64,000 bases of DNA. Source: a virus (taxonomy: Duplodnaviria; Caudoviricetes). The notes below the pieces were generated by a model. It saw only the letters and a program-made list of their open reading frames with translations, searched no databases and was not told the DNA's origin. Made by a program: the position numbers and the translations under genes. The DNA is taken from positions 32,001-96,000 of IMG/VR virus record IMGVR_UViG_2857429247_000001; one strand, given 5' to 3'. Shown here piece by piece: positions 38,886 to 48,215 of this stretch (position 1 is its first letter; each line of letters starts with the position of its first letter).

Positions 38886-39739
38886 TCCCCGACTCCGAGG
38901 CGCGGCTCAACATCCTGGTCGCCTATCCGTACGCGACCGCGACCATCCTCGCCGAGCTCACCCGCTACGCCGCCGACGTCCGGTGGGTGCTCGACTGCGG
39001 CGCCTTCACCGCGTGGAAGTCCGGCAAGACGATCGCGCTGGACGACTACTGCCGGTTCATCGAGCGGCTGCCGGTGCGCCCGTGGCGGTACTTCGCGCTC
39101 GACGTCGTCGGCGATCCCGAGGCGTCGATGCGGAACTACGAGGCCATGCGGGCGCGCGGGTTCGATCCCATGCCCGTGTTCACGCGCGGCGAGGCACTCG
39201 CGGCGCTCGACACGTACTACGAGACCTCCGAGGTCGTGGGCGTGGGCGGTCTCGTCGGCACGCCCGGCAACAAGGGGTTCGTGAACGGCCTGATGCGCCA
39301 CGTCGCGGGCCGCCGCGTGCACCTGCTGGGCTTCGCCAACGACGACTACGTCCGGACCTACCGGCCGTACATGTGCGACTCCTCCACGTGGATCTCGCCG
39401 CTGCGCTTCGGGCTGATCAAGCTCTACCAGGACGGCCGGCCGATCAGCGTGAAGAAGGCGGATTTCGCCAAGCGGCCGAGCGCCGAGGTGCTCGCGCTGA
39501 TCCGCGAGTTCGGTATCGACCCGCGCGAGCTGGGCCGGGCTGCACAGTGGGTGAACAACGGGCGCGGCGAGAGTGCGCTGGAGCTGCTGACCTTCCGCAC
39601 CACGGTCCGCCACCAGCTCGAGACGCGCCGGATGCTCGGCACGCACCTGTTCATGGCCGTGACGACCTTCGAGCAGATCGCGCCCGCGCACGCTGCCCTC
39701 CTGTTCTGGCGGGACCGCCGTCCGGACCTGTTCGCCTGA
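38882..39739 (+). CDS. dpdA: DpdA-like 7-deazaguanine DNA transglycosylase (TGT fold)
   Basis: LDCGAFT, LDVVGD, PVF, GVGG, VHLLG, DSSTW; adjacent to que genes; no tRNA-TGT CxCxxC Zn motif. Confidence 0.75.
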   Translation: MIPDSEARLNILVAYPYATATILAELTRYAADVRWVLDCGAFTAWKSGKTIALDDYCRFIERLPVRPWRYFALDVVGDPEASMRNYEAMRARGFDPMPVFTRGEALAALDTYYETSEVVGVGGLVGTPGNKGFVNGLMRHVAGRRVHLLGFANDDYVRTYRPYMCDSSTWISPLRFGLIKLYQDGRPISVKKADFAKRPSAEVLALIREFGIDPRELGRAAQWVNNGRGESALELLTFRTTVRHQLETRRMLGTHLFMAVTTFEQIAPAHAALLFWRDRRPDLFA

Positions 39740-39911
39740 CCCGAGCGGCCCCCGCCCGTGCCGAAAGGTGTTGAGGCCGGCCCGCGCGGCTTAGCGCCCG
39801 GCCGAGACGGTCCTAGTCTCGTTCTGTCCAGATGTCGCCCGGCGGCGCGCCTCGCAATCCAGTAGCGACGGGCACGAGCGCGGCAGGTGAACCCGAGGAA
39901 AGGGCCAGTCC

Positions 39912-40670
39912 ATGACGAAAGCGCTCGTCGTTCTATCCGGCGGCCAGGACAGCACCACGTGCCTGTTCTGGGCCAAGCAGCATTTCTCCGAGGTGCACGC
40001 GGTCACCTTCGATTACGGCCAGCGCCACCGGCGCGAGATCGATGCCGCGCGGCGGGTGGCCGGTCTCGCCGGCGTGGCGAGCCATGAGGTCGTGACGCTG
40101 GGGCCGATCCTGAAAGGCCGCTCGCCGCTCACCGACCCCGCCCAGCCGCTGGAGCAGTACGAGACCTTCGCGCAGATGGATTCGGTGATCGGCGACCGGG
40201 TGGAACTCACCTTCGTGCCGATGCGCAACACGCTGTTCCTGACGCTGGCGGCCAACCGTGCGGTGGTGCTGGACTGCTTCGACCTCGTCACGGGCGTGTG
40301 CGAGCAGGACAACGCGAACTATCCCGATTGCACGGCGCCGTTCGTCGACGCGATGGCCACCGCGATCACGCGCAGCCTGGACGTGGAGCGCTTCACCATC
40401 CACGCGCCGCTGATCGAGCTCTCAAAGGCCGAGAGCATCCACCTCGCGCGCACGATCCCCGGCGCGTTCGAGGCGCTGGCCTACAGCCACACCGCCTACG
40501 ATGGCGCCTATCCGCCGACCGGGCGTGATCACGCCACCCTGTTGCGCGCCGAGGGCTTCCGCGAGGCCGGGCTTCCCGACCCGCTGGTGGTGCGCGCGTA
40601 TCACGAGGGCCTGATGGCGCTGCCCGAGACCGCGAACTACGACGCCCTGCGCCGAGCCTCCGCGGCCTGA
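39912..40670 (+). CDS. queC: 7-cyano-7-deazaguanine synthase QueC (lacks Zn cysteines)
   Basis: [30 protein letters not shown]. Confidence 0.9.
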   Translation: MTKALVVLSGGQDSTTCLFWAKQHFSEVHAVTFDYGQRHRREIDAARRVAGLAGVASHEVVTLGPILKGRSPLTDPAQPLEQYETFAQMDSVIGDRVELTFVPMRNTLFLTLAANRAVVLDCFDLVTGVCEQDNANYPDCTAPFVDAMATAITRSLDVERFTIHAPLIELSKAESIHLARTIPGAFEALAYSHTAYDGAYPPTGRDHATLLRAEGFREAGLPDPLVVRAYHEGLMALPETANYDALRRASAA

Positions 40671-40731
40671 GCCGTTGCACGAACGCGTTCACGCCTCGAT
40701 TGATCGAAGCGTGAACGCCTGAACTGCGCGA

Positions 40732-40998
40732 TCAGCGAGCGCGGCGCGGGTAAGGCTTGCCGCAGAAGTCGAACTCCGAGGTCACCTCGGCCTTGCGGCA
40801 GTCGAAGCGGGCAGGGTCCCGGGCCGGGATGGTCTCGCCCGCGCAGAACGCCCGCTCCGACGCGGCGCGCGCCAGCCGGCAGGTGATCACCCCGCCGTGC
40901 ACGTTGAGCAGGAAGGTGCCGGGATCGCGCGGGGCTGCCTCGGCCTGGGTGGCGGACAGGGCGGCGATCGCCAGGATCGTGGCGGCGTAACGGGTCAT
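40732..40998 (-). CDS. small secreted Cys-containing protein
   Basis: Signal peptide ending AEA-APR; four Cys; AGGAG SD. Confidence 0.65.
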   Translation of the reverse strand: MTRYAATILAIAALSATQAEAAPRDPGTFLLNVHGGVITCRLARAASERAFCAGETIPARDPARFDCRKAEVTSEFDFCGKPYPRRAR

Positions 40999-41041
40999 GG
41001 GTTGTCTCCTGAGGAGGTGGGCGTAGCCCGGTGGTGGTCTG

Positions 41042-41197
41042 TTATCGGCCGGCTCCGTCTCGATGCACGAATACCCTCGCGCCGAGGCCAAGCATGTTGC
41101 GCAAGTAGGTCTCCTCCTGACTGGCTGCGACGAGCGATCGGAAAGTTTCGACCAGCTTCCAAGAGCCGTTCGCGGGGATGAACACGCCGTAGGTCAT
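41042..41197 (-). CDS. small hypothetical protein (51 aa)
   Basis: Starts directly after cassette copy D. Confidence 0.6.
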   Translation of the reverse strand: MTYGVFIPANGSWKLVETFRSLVAASQEETYLRNMLGLGARVFVHRDGAGR

Positions 41198-41280
41198 CTC
41201 GGTGTCTCCGTCAGGAGGTGGGCGCTGCCCGTTCGATGACTTGAACATACGGCGTACCCAGCCGATAGGCACTAGGGAAT
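41195..41280 (-). promoter_or_regulatory. repeated promoter/leader cassette, copy D
   Basis: TTCCCTAGTGCCT-N17-TATGTT...GGGCAGCGCCC-ACCTCC-TGAC-GGAGACA-ATG. Confidence 0.8.
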
Positions 41281-41351
41281 TTACGCCTGAATGTATGAAA
41301 GCGTGAACTGCCGGGCGAGCCGCACCGCAGAGGGTCGCCTCGCTCGGGAGG

Positions 41352-41753
41352 TCAGTTCCCGGCCTGCCGATCATCCGGCTGGCGCTTCCTCGAGAGCGAC
41401 GTCTCCAGGCGCGCGATGTCGGCCTTGAGTGCGTCCCCCTCCGCTATCCGCCGTGCTGTGATGTCCGCGGCGCGTCCCAGACGGGCGCGGAGCTTCGCCT
41501 GCGCGGCCCGGGCCCGTTCGACCTCGACGGCATCGCGCTTCTCTTGGATCTGGCGATCAATCGCGATGAGGTCTGACCCGTCCTGGCTGCGCCGCTCCTT
41601 CAGGCGCTGGATCTCGGCCTCGAGGACCGAGACGCGCAGCGTGCGCGTTTCCGCCTCCGCGGCGTCGGCCTTGGCCTCCATCCGGTCGCAGGCCTGATCG
41701 TAGCGGGCTCGCATGCGCGCGAGCGCGCGACCGATGATCGAGAACGGGTTCAC
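41352..41753 (-). CDS. coiled-coil hypothetical protein
   Basis: GGAGG SD; heptad pattern. Confidence 0.6.
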   Translation of the reverse strand: MNPFSIIGRALARMRARYDQACDRMEAKADAAEAETRTLRVSVLEAEIQRLKERRSQDGSDLIAIDRQIQEKRDAVEVERARAAQAKLRARLGRAADITARRIAEGDALKADIARLETSLSRKRQPDDRQAGN

Positions 41754-41826
41754 GGCGGCACCTCCCAGGTGTGATCTAGGCTCGGCGGGTGGATCGGCGA
41801 GGCGCCTGAGCGCCCCGCCGCGCGGC

Positions 41827-42432
41827 TCAGAGGCCGGCGCAGCGCCGGCGGGCGTCGCGATAGATCAAGTCGGAGAGCCAGGCGTTCCAAGACGGGATGT
41901 AGACGTCCCGGCTCATCTCGACCTGGGTGAAGGTATGGCGGCCGTAGGTCCGCTGGGTCTCGGTGAAGACCACGTCCGAGACGTCGATGTCGCCCAGGTG
42001 CAGCGTAGCCCGCACCTTGTCGAGGGACCGGGTCCGCAGGCCGGCCGACAGCTCGCGGCTCGTGCTGACGCTGCTCGAGCCGAAGTGCACCCGCTCGGCG
42101 CCCTCGACGTGGGGCGGGTTCTCGATGCGCGGGGCGTAACCGCGCGATCCCTCGGTGCCCGGGGTGTAAGCCACCGAGATGGAGCCGTCGGCGCCGAGCC
42201 AGTGATCGATCGAGTAAGCCATGTCGATCGAGCCGTCGAAGCCGCGGCCGCCGTACTGGCTGGTGATGGTCTCGACCATCGCGGTGGTCGGGCCGTCGGT
42301 CCAGCCCACGCGGATCGAGGAGCCGCCGGCGTAACGGTCCGAGCGGACCGTGAAGGTGGTGCGCGGGAACGCGGCCTTGAGGCGGCGGCGGATGATCTTG
42401 GCGACTTCGGCGGTGTCGATGTGGCGGGTCAT
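41827..42432 (-). CDS. LPD29 (large polyvalent protein-associated domain) protein
   Basis: AKIIRRRLKAAFP.T.F.VRS..Y.GGSSI.V.WTDGPT...V..I...Y.G..FDG..D. Confidence 0.75.
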   Translation of the reverse strand: MTRHIDTAEVAKIIRRRLKAAFPRTTFTVRSDRYAGGSSIRVGWTDGPTTAMVETITSQYGGRGFDGSIDMAYSIDHWLGADGSISVAYTPGTEGSRGYAPRIENPPHVEGAERVHFGSSSVSTSRELSAGLRTRSLDKVRATLHLGDIDVSDVVFTETQRTYGRHTFTQVEMSRDVYIPSWNAWLSDLIYRDARRRCAGL

Positions 42433-42515
42433 ATCGGTGTCTCCGTCTGGAGTTGGGCGCTGCCCGTTCGATGACTTGAACATACGGCGTGCCCCGCCGA
42501 GAGGCACTAGGGAAT
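42430..42515 (-). promoter_or_regulatory. repeated promoter/leader cassette, copy E
   Basis: Near-identical to copy D over about 60 bp. Confidence 0.8.
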
Positions 42516-42582
42516 TCACGCCTCGACGCCTGAAAGCGTGAACTTTTTTCGGGCCGCCCTGGCCCGGCTGCTCAGGATCCCC

Positions 42583-43257
42583 ATGACGCCTTCCGAGACG
42601 ATCCGGGCCCGGCTGGCCGCGGCCGGCGTGCCGTTCCGCGCCAACGACAGCATCGCGGCGCACCTCGAGCCCGGGGAGGCGGAGGCGCTGCTCGCCGAGG
42701 TCACCGAGAAGGCCGGCGCGCTCCTCGACGCGCTGGTGATCGACCGAACGGCGGACCACAACACCGCCGACACCGCGCGCCGCATGGCGAAGCTCTACCT
42801 GCGCGAGGTGTTCCGCGGCCGCTACGAGCCGGCGCCCGCGCTCACCGACTTCCCCAACGCGGCCGGCGTGGATCAGCCCTACGTGGTCGGCCCGATCTCG
42901 ATCCGCTCCACCTGCTCGCACCACTTCGCCCCGATCCTCGGCCGGGCCTGGGTCGGCGTCGTCCCAGGCGAGCGGGTGATCGGGCTCTCGAAGTTCAACC
43001 GCATCGCCGACTGGGTCTTCTCGCGCCCGCAGATCCAGGAAGAGGCCGTCGTGCAGCTCGCCGACGCCCTCGAGGAGGCCGTGCGCCCTCGCGGTCTCGG
43101 CATCGTCGTCCGCGCCCGGCACCAGTGCTGTTCATGGCGCGGCGTGCGCGACGAGACCGCGATGGTCTCGACCGAGATGCGCGGCGTGTTCCGCACCGAT
43201 CCATCCGCCCGGGCCGAGCTGATGGCCCTCATCGGCCAGGGAGTGACCTGCTCGTGA
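42583..43257 (+). CDS. folE: GTP cyclohydrolase I
   Basis: T..R.AK, STCSHH, GLSKF.R, RPQIQE, HQC..WRG. Confidence 0.95.
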   Translation: MTPSETIRARLAAAGVPFRANDSIAAHLEPGEAEALLAEVTEKAGALLDALVIDRTADHNTADTARRMAKLYLREVFRGRYEPAPALTDFPNAAGVDQPYVVGPISIRSTCSHHFAPILGRAWVGVVPGERVIGLSKFNRIADWVFSRPQIQEEAVVQLADALEEAVRPRGLGIVVRARHQCCSWRGVRDETAMVSTEMRGVFRTDPSARAELMALIGQGVTCS

Positions 43258-43700
43258 AGTACCGCTCGACCAAGACCTACGGCCACGAGATCGGCCTCTC
43301 GGCCGTATTCCGGCAGTGGCGCGCCGCGTCGCATTGCCGGCTGCTCCACGGCTACGCGCTCGCCGTGCACCTCGAGTTCGAGGCCTCCTCGCTCGATGGC
43401 CAGAACTGGGTGGTGGACTTCGGGTCGCTGAAGCCGATCAAGCAGTGGCTCCAGGAGACCTTCGACCACAAGCTTCTCGTCGCCCAGGACGATCCGGAAC
43501 TGCCGTTCCTGCGCTCGCTGGCGGCGATCGGGCTCGCGGACGTCGTCGTGGTGCCGGCCACGGGCTGCGAGGCCTTCGCGGCGCAGATCTACGGCCACGT
43601 TGCGGGCTGGCTGCGCGAGATCGGCCAGGCGCCGCGCGTGCGGCTCGCCGAGGTGCACGTGCGCGAGCACGGCGCCAACGCGGCGAAGCTAGTCGCCTGA
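43254..43700 (+). CDS. queD: 6-carboxy-5,6,7,8-tetrahydropterin synthase
   Basis: SHCRLLHGY, WVVDFG, FDH, GCE, V.V.E. Confidence 0.92.
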   Translation: MKYRSTKTYGHEIGLSAVFRQWRAASHCRLLHGYALAVHLEFEASSLDGQNWVVDFGSLKPIKQWLQETFDHKLLVAQDDPELPFLRSLAAIGLADVVVVPATGCEAFAAQIYGHVAGWLREIGQAPRVRLAEVHVREHGANAAKLVA

Positions 43701-44050
43701 GTGGGAGATCTAGAATGCTGCCGTTCGACCAGGTCACCCACATTGCGGTAGCCCCACCGCCGCTCCCCGTCAGCGAGATCTTCGAGTCGATACAGGGTGA
43801 GGCATCCTTCACCGGATCGCCCGCGGTGTTCATCCGCCTGCAGGGCTGCCCGGTCGGCTGCGGTTTTTGCGACACCAAGCATACTTGGGCGGTGGATCCG
43901 GCCAACGTCGTGCCGGCGGCCGAGATGGCCGCGAAGGTCGCGGATGCGCCCACCTTCGCCCGCATGACGCCGGCGGAGATCGTCGCCCACGTGGAGGCCA
44001 CAACCCGCGCCCGCCACGTCGTCATCACCGGCGGCGAGCCGGCGCTCTAT

Positions 44051-45665
44051 CCCGCTTTATTCACCAGGGTTTGGCTGGCGACGTGTTTTGAGCTGAAGGC
44101 GAGCGGGATCGTGCGTCTGTCCTGACGCGTATGGATCTGGTTGTGCTGTCGGCGCTGGAGGGACGGGAGCGGTGTCGATGGGGCATCACGCCCCGTGGTT
44201 CAGGCTGGCGCTGGGGCGAGTGCGCCCGCGATATGGCGCAGCAAGTCGGCCTCGGGACAGGCGGCGGCGAAGGCGAGACGAACACGGGCAGTGGTCTCGT
44301 GGATGCGAGCCCCAAGCTTGAGCAGGCGCAGGCGGATCGTCGCGAACTCGGCCTTGGCCAGGCGATGGGGAGCCGGGATGGCGTCGCGCACGGTCAGCAT
44401 CAGCCAATAGGCGGCGGTGTGCAGCACGAGCCGCATCTGGTTGGCGGCCGGATGCCGGCAGGAGGTGCGGTCGGAAGCGAGCTGGCCCTTATGGAGCTTG
44501 ATCAGGTTCTCGGCCTGTCCGCGGGCGCAGTACAGCTCGGCGTAGAGCCATTCGGGCGTACCGGTGGCGATGTTCGTGACCACGTAGCGGATGTCGAGGC
44601 CAAGGCGGGTCGCCTCGATGCGGGCGGCGACGCGGCGGTGCTGCCGCCAGGATTTGGCTGCGTGCGTGGTCTCAGCAAAGCCGCGCACGGCATCTGTGTT
44701 GCTGAGGGCCCGCTCGACCCGGATGTGATCGGCGGTCGGCTCGACCTTGGCGGTGAGCGACTTGGTGCCGGTCAGGCCGAAGACGTAAGCGACGTCGTTG
44801 TCCTCGCACCAGTCCATCGCTTCGGGCCGCCCGTAATGGCCGTCGCCACGGATCGTGATCGCGGTCGTCGGCCAGTGTCGGCGGATCGCCCGGACCAGAC
44901 GACGCAGATGGCCCCGGACTTCGCGACCCGAAGGCGTCTTGCCCGGCCGCAGGATCATCGCCACCGGGCGCGAGGTGGCGGTGTCGTAGACGTGGATGGG
45001 GAGAAAGCAGCGTTCGTCGTGGTGGGCGTTGAACAGCGACAGTTGCTGCTGGCCATGGACCACGTCGCAGGTGTCGTCGATATCCAGCGTGACAGCCGCC
45101 GGTGGCGCGGCGTAGCTGGCGCAGTAGAGGTCGACCAGCACCCGTCCGAGCCGGATCAGGTCACGCAGGCCCGGCGTGTTCTCCAGCCGCGAGACGGTGG
45201 GCTGGCTCATCAAGTCGCGTCCGCTGTCGGGTAGGCGACCACAGGCGAGCTTGAAGGCGGGATCGACGCGCAGGTGATCGAGGTCGTCGGCATCCTCGTA
45301 CCCGCAGGCGATGGCCAGGATGCGCGCCAGCAGGATCTCGGGCAGAGGATGCACGATCCGGCTCGGGTCACGCCGGTCGGGGATCACCGCGGCGAGCTTC
45401 TCACCGATCTGCATCCGCCGGGCAGCCTGAGCGAGCAACAGGACGCCCCCGTCCGAGGTCAGGCGTCCGCCGTCGAAAGCAGCTGTGAGCTTCTTGCCTC
45501 GAACCGATGGAAACGCGAACGGCAGACACGTAGGATCGGACATGGCGGGCGTGGCGGGCTCGATCTGGTCTGAGGACTTGGCGTCAGCACCCAATCCCTA
45601 AGCCACATCAATGCTTTACGCTACGCTCGCCACCACAGATCCACTGCCCTCGTGAATAAGACGGG
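44051..45665 (-). mobile_element. IS1380-family insertion sequence
   Basis: 14-bp IRs CCCG(CT/TC)TTATTCAC; 4-bp TSD CTAT at 44047-44050 and 45666-45669. Confidence 0.93.
44200..45543 (-). CDS. IS1380-family DDE transposase
   Basis: FDGGRLTSDGG, GYEDADD, LDIDDT, IRGDG, Y..RGQAENLIK. Confidence 0.95.
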   Translation of the reverse strand: MSDPTCLPFAFPSVRGKKLTAAFDGGRLTSDGGVLLLAQAARRMQIGEKLAAVIPDRRDPSRIVHPLPEILLARILAIACGYEDADDLDHLRVDPAFKLACGRLPDSGRDLMSQPTVSRLENTPGLRDLIRLGRVLVDLYCASYAAPPAAVTLDIDDTCDVVHGQQQLSLFNAHHDERCFLPIHVYDTATSRPVAMILRPGKTPSGREVRGHLRRLVRAIRRHWPTTAITIRGDGHYGRPEAMDWCEDNDVAYVFGLTGTKSLTAKVEPTADHIRVERALSNTDAVRGFAETTHAAKSWRQHRRVAARIEATRLGLDIRYVVTNIATGTPEWLYAELYCARGQAENLIKLHKGQLASDRTSCRHPAANQMRLVLHTAAYWLMLTVRDAIPAPHRLAKAEFATIRLRLLKLGARIHETTARVRLAFAAACPEADLLRHIAGALAPAPA

Positions 45666-46064
45666 CTATGACCTGCGCCCTCTGTCCGCGGCCCTGATCA
45701 AGGCCGGGCGCTCGGTGCAGCTCGAGACCTCGGGGACAAGCGAGATCCGCATTGACCCGCGGGCCTTCGTGACGGTCTCGCCCAAGATCGGCATGCCCGG
45801 CGGCCTCAAGGTGCGTGACGACGCCCTGGCGCGCGCGGACGAGATCAAGATGCCCGTCGGCAAGCCTGCCGACGTCGAGCGCCTGCACGCGGTGGTGGAT
45901 CGGCTGATGGCCGCGAAGGATCCGCGCCTCGACCGAATCCCGAAGGTGTGGCTGCAGCCGCTCTCCCAGTCCCCGAAGGCGACAGCGCTGTGCGTGGCCG
46001 CCGCGACGGCGAACGGGTGGCGCATCAGTCTGCAGACGCACAAGTATCTCGGCGTGCGATGACG

Positions 46065-46157
46065 AGGGGCTTCCCCCCAAGTATCGCTTGACGTAGAACA
46101 CAAAACGAGAACTTCCCGCAGCGGCCCCGGCGATGAACCGGGGCCGTTTCGCATTTC
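46065..46157 (+). promoter_or_regulatory. 26-bp motif plus hairpin, copy 2
   Basis: AGGGGCTTCCCCCCAAGTATCGCTTGACGTA, then hairpin 46122-46146. Confidence 0.7.
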
Positions 46158-46159
46158 AG

Positions 46160-46412
46160 GGACACGTCATGGGTTACCGCAATGCTCTGCCCGGCGGCTC
46201 GTCCGACCAAGGGCCGAGCCGCCACTTCCCGGCCCTCGAAGGGTGCTTCGATCCTCCCGACTACTTCGGGCTGGAGACGACGGTCGGCTTGGTCGACGTA
46301 AGTAGCACGGAGGCTCAGCGTACGGTCGGAGGCGTGAAGCTCCTCTCTGGGCTGCGGCAGAGCAACGTTCTGCGGAAGCGAAGCCGCCGACGCGTATAGT
46401 GGCCCCCGTGCG
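46160..46412 (+). ncRNA. candidate structured non-coding RNA (about 250 nt)
   Basis: Perfect 9-bp closing helix plus nested stems; no credible ORF. Confidence 0.5.
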
Positions 46413-46457
46413 GCTCAGGCCGTGCCGGCCCGGTCTGCCGGGCCGCATGTGCAGCGC

Positions 46458-47261
46458 TCATGATGGGTTCCCCTGTTCGGCTCCCGCAGTCGCGGCGCGC
46501 CGCTCCCGCAGGATGGTGTTGAGCGCGTCGATCACCGCATTCTGGATAGCCACCGAGCGCCGGCGCGGGTCGGTCTCGCCGCCGGGCTGGTGCAGCGCAT
46601 ACACGGTCTGGGCGGCGATCTCCGCCGCGCGCACGGTCTGGCTCGACATGGTCGCAGTAGCCATGAACTCGCGCGCCGCGTGGCACGGGTCACGGAAGGC
46701 GTGGACGGCGGCATTCGGCGGATACGCCCCGGGCGTGTCGCGCTCCGGACCGGCCAGGTCCTGCCGCATGGTCTCGAACGGGTTCTCGCCGTGCTGCGCG
46801 AAGCGCTGCATGAGGCTGACGATCTGGTAGTAGGCGTCCGACTTCGTCACCCGGTGGTGCACGGCGAGCGGCTTGCCCTCGGTCAGCCAATGGTCGGCTT
46901 GACGCATCAGGATGCCGATCTGGCGGTCGAAGTAAGCGGCAACGACCGCGGCGATGCGGCGCTCGAGCGCCTCCTGGACTTCGGCCCAGCCGGCGCGCTC
47001 CTCGGAGCCTACGTGCTCCCAGGGACAGGTGCCGAAGGTCAGCGTGCGCCGCTCCTCGACCTCGCAGCGGGCCTCGTGGATCTCCCGGCCCGCGTCGGCG
47101 TCGCGCCGGCGGGCCGGAGCGCCCAGGATCTCCCGGGCCTCGGCGTTCGTCAGCTTGAGGGTGATGGTCCCGTCATCGTTGTAGCGATAGCCGCGGCCGC
47201 TGCGGTGAGCCGCGAATAGGCGTTCGCGCTCGGGTTCGAGCATCTGGCGAAGGTCGCGCAT
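46458..47261 (-). CDS. hypothetical protein
   Basis: 267 aa; AGAGG SD. Confidence 0.65.
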   Translation of the reverse strand: MRDLRQMLEPERERLFAAHRSGRGYRYNDDGTITLKLTNAEAREILGAPARRRDADAGREIHEARCEVEERRTLTFGTCPWEHVGSEERAGWAEVQEALERRIAAVVAAYFDRQIGILMRQADHWLTEGKPLAVHHRVTKSDAYYQIVSLMQRFAQHGENPFETMRQDLAGPERDTPGAYPPNAAVHAFRDPCHAAREFMATATMSSQTVRAAEIAAQTVYALHQPGGETDPRRRSVAIQNAVIDALNTILRERRAATAGAEQGNPS

Positions 47262-47324
47262 GTGATCATCCTCTCTGGCGTCCTGTGCGTGGCCCGGATC
47301 GCACCCAGGCCACGAGGCGGGACG

Positions 47325-47714
47325 TCAGTCGATGTGTCCGGCGAGACCGCAGAAGCCGACCCGATCACGCTCGCGCCGCGCCTTGAATTCGTCCTCGGGC
47401 TCCAGCCACCGCCCGGCCGCGTCGAAACCCGGCGGCGACCACGTGTAGCTTGCGGGCAGGTCTGCCGGCCGCTCCGGCTCGTTTATCTCGTCCCACGGAG
47501 CGTCCGAGGTCGAGGCGACGTGCGCGCGGCGCGGCTGATGGCTCGGGGTGGCCCAGCGCCAAGCCATGCAGTCGCTGGCGATGCATCGGTGGCTGCCGTG
47601 CACTTGACCATCATACAGCCGGTTTGCCGCGCAGACGGGTTCCCCGGGCTTCTCGCTGTCCGGTGTCCGCGTGAAGGGACACCACATCGCGCGGGCTTGT
47701 GTCTGGGTGTGCAT
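47325..47714 (-). CDS. Cys-rich phage protein
   Basis: WCP..R...CIASDCMAWRW...GFCGLAG. Confidence 0.7.
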   Translation of the reverse strand: MHTQTQARAMWCPFTRTPDSEKPGEPVCAANRLYDGQVHGSHRCIASDCMAWRWATPSHQPRRAHVASTSDAPWDEINEPERPADLPASYTWSPPGFDAAGRWLEPEDEFKARRERDRVGFCGLAGHID

Positions 47715-47743
47715 GGGATCCTCTCGGGGTTCGGCCGTTCTGA

Positions 47744-48136
47744 TCAGGCCGGCAGGCGGTTGAAGGCGGAGAACAGGTCGCGGACGATCGCGATGGTGCG
47801 GTGCGCCTCGCGCAGACGCAGCGCCCGGACGGCGGGGTGCAGGCGCCAGGACGCGGCCGCCTGCCGGCACTCACCGGCGTGGGCGAGCTCCTGCGCGGCG
47901 CGGGCCCGCAGCGGGCGGTCGGCCAGCGTGCGGATGACGATCCCGGCCGGGCGGCCAGTGACCGCCCAGCCGCCGTCGGGCAGCCGCTTCGCCTCGCGCG
48001 TGGCGAAGATCATCGCGAAGTGGCCCTGGTGGGTGAACCGCTCGGTCGCCGAGCGCGGGTCGGCGTCGCGGAGGGCGAGTTCGCGTGCAGCAGTGCGGGT
48101 GCGGCGGTGGGCGGCGTAGTATTCTGCTCGGTTCAT
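47744..48136 (-). CDS. hypothetical protein
   Basis: Preceded by leader copy F (GGGCCACGCCC-GACTCC-GGAG). Confidence 0.65.
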   Translation of the reverse strand: MNRAEYYAAHRRTRTAARELALRDADPRSATERFTHQGHFAMIFATREAKRLPDGGWAVTGRPAGIVIRTLADRPLRARAAQELAHAGECRQAAASWRLHPAVRALRLREAHRTIAIVRDLFSAFNRLPA

Positions 48137-48215
48137 TGTCTCGCTCCGGAGTCGGGCGTGGCCCTGGCGGGATGAAGCGTGCACCCGTGAAGGCATGCAC
48201 GCGTGAACTTGCGGG

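Larger units (their letters stand above)
43715..46062 (+). pseudogene. queE: 7-carboxy-7-deazaguanine synthase QueE, interrupted by IS1380 (43715-44050 + 45670-46062)
   Basis: EIFESIQGE, CPVGCGFCDT, ITGGEPALY|DLRPL...ETSGT, VSPK, WRISLQTHK; rejoins in frame. Confidence 0.93.

Noticed and set aside
38882-39739. Canonical tRNA-guanine transglycosylase (tgt)
   Set aside because: It is shorter than Tgt, has no CxCxxC Zn site, and sits in a phage ParB-que context, which favours a DNA-acting DpdA-like enzyme
39740-39911. Possible preQ1 riboswitch upstream of queC (GGTCCTAG inside a small hairpin)
   Set aside because: It lacks the A-rich 3' tail needed for the preQ1-I pseudoknot. The hairpins may still be regulatory, but that is unsupported.
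46096-46112. GAAC...GAAC as an alphaproteobacterial LexA box
   Set aside because: The spacing is 9 nt rather than the GAAC-N7-GAAC consensus, and it is not conserved in the other two copies
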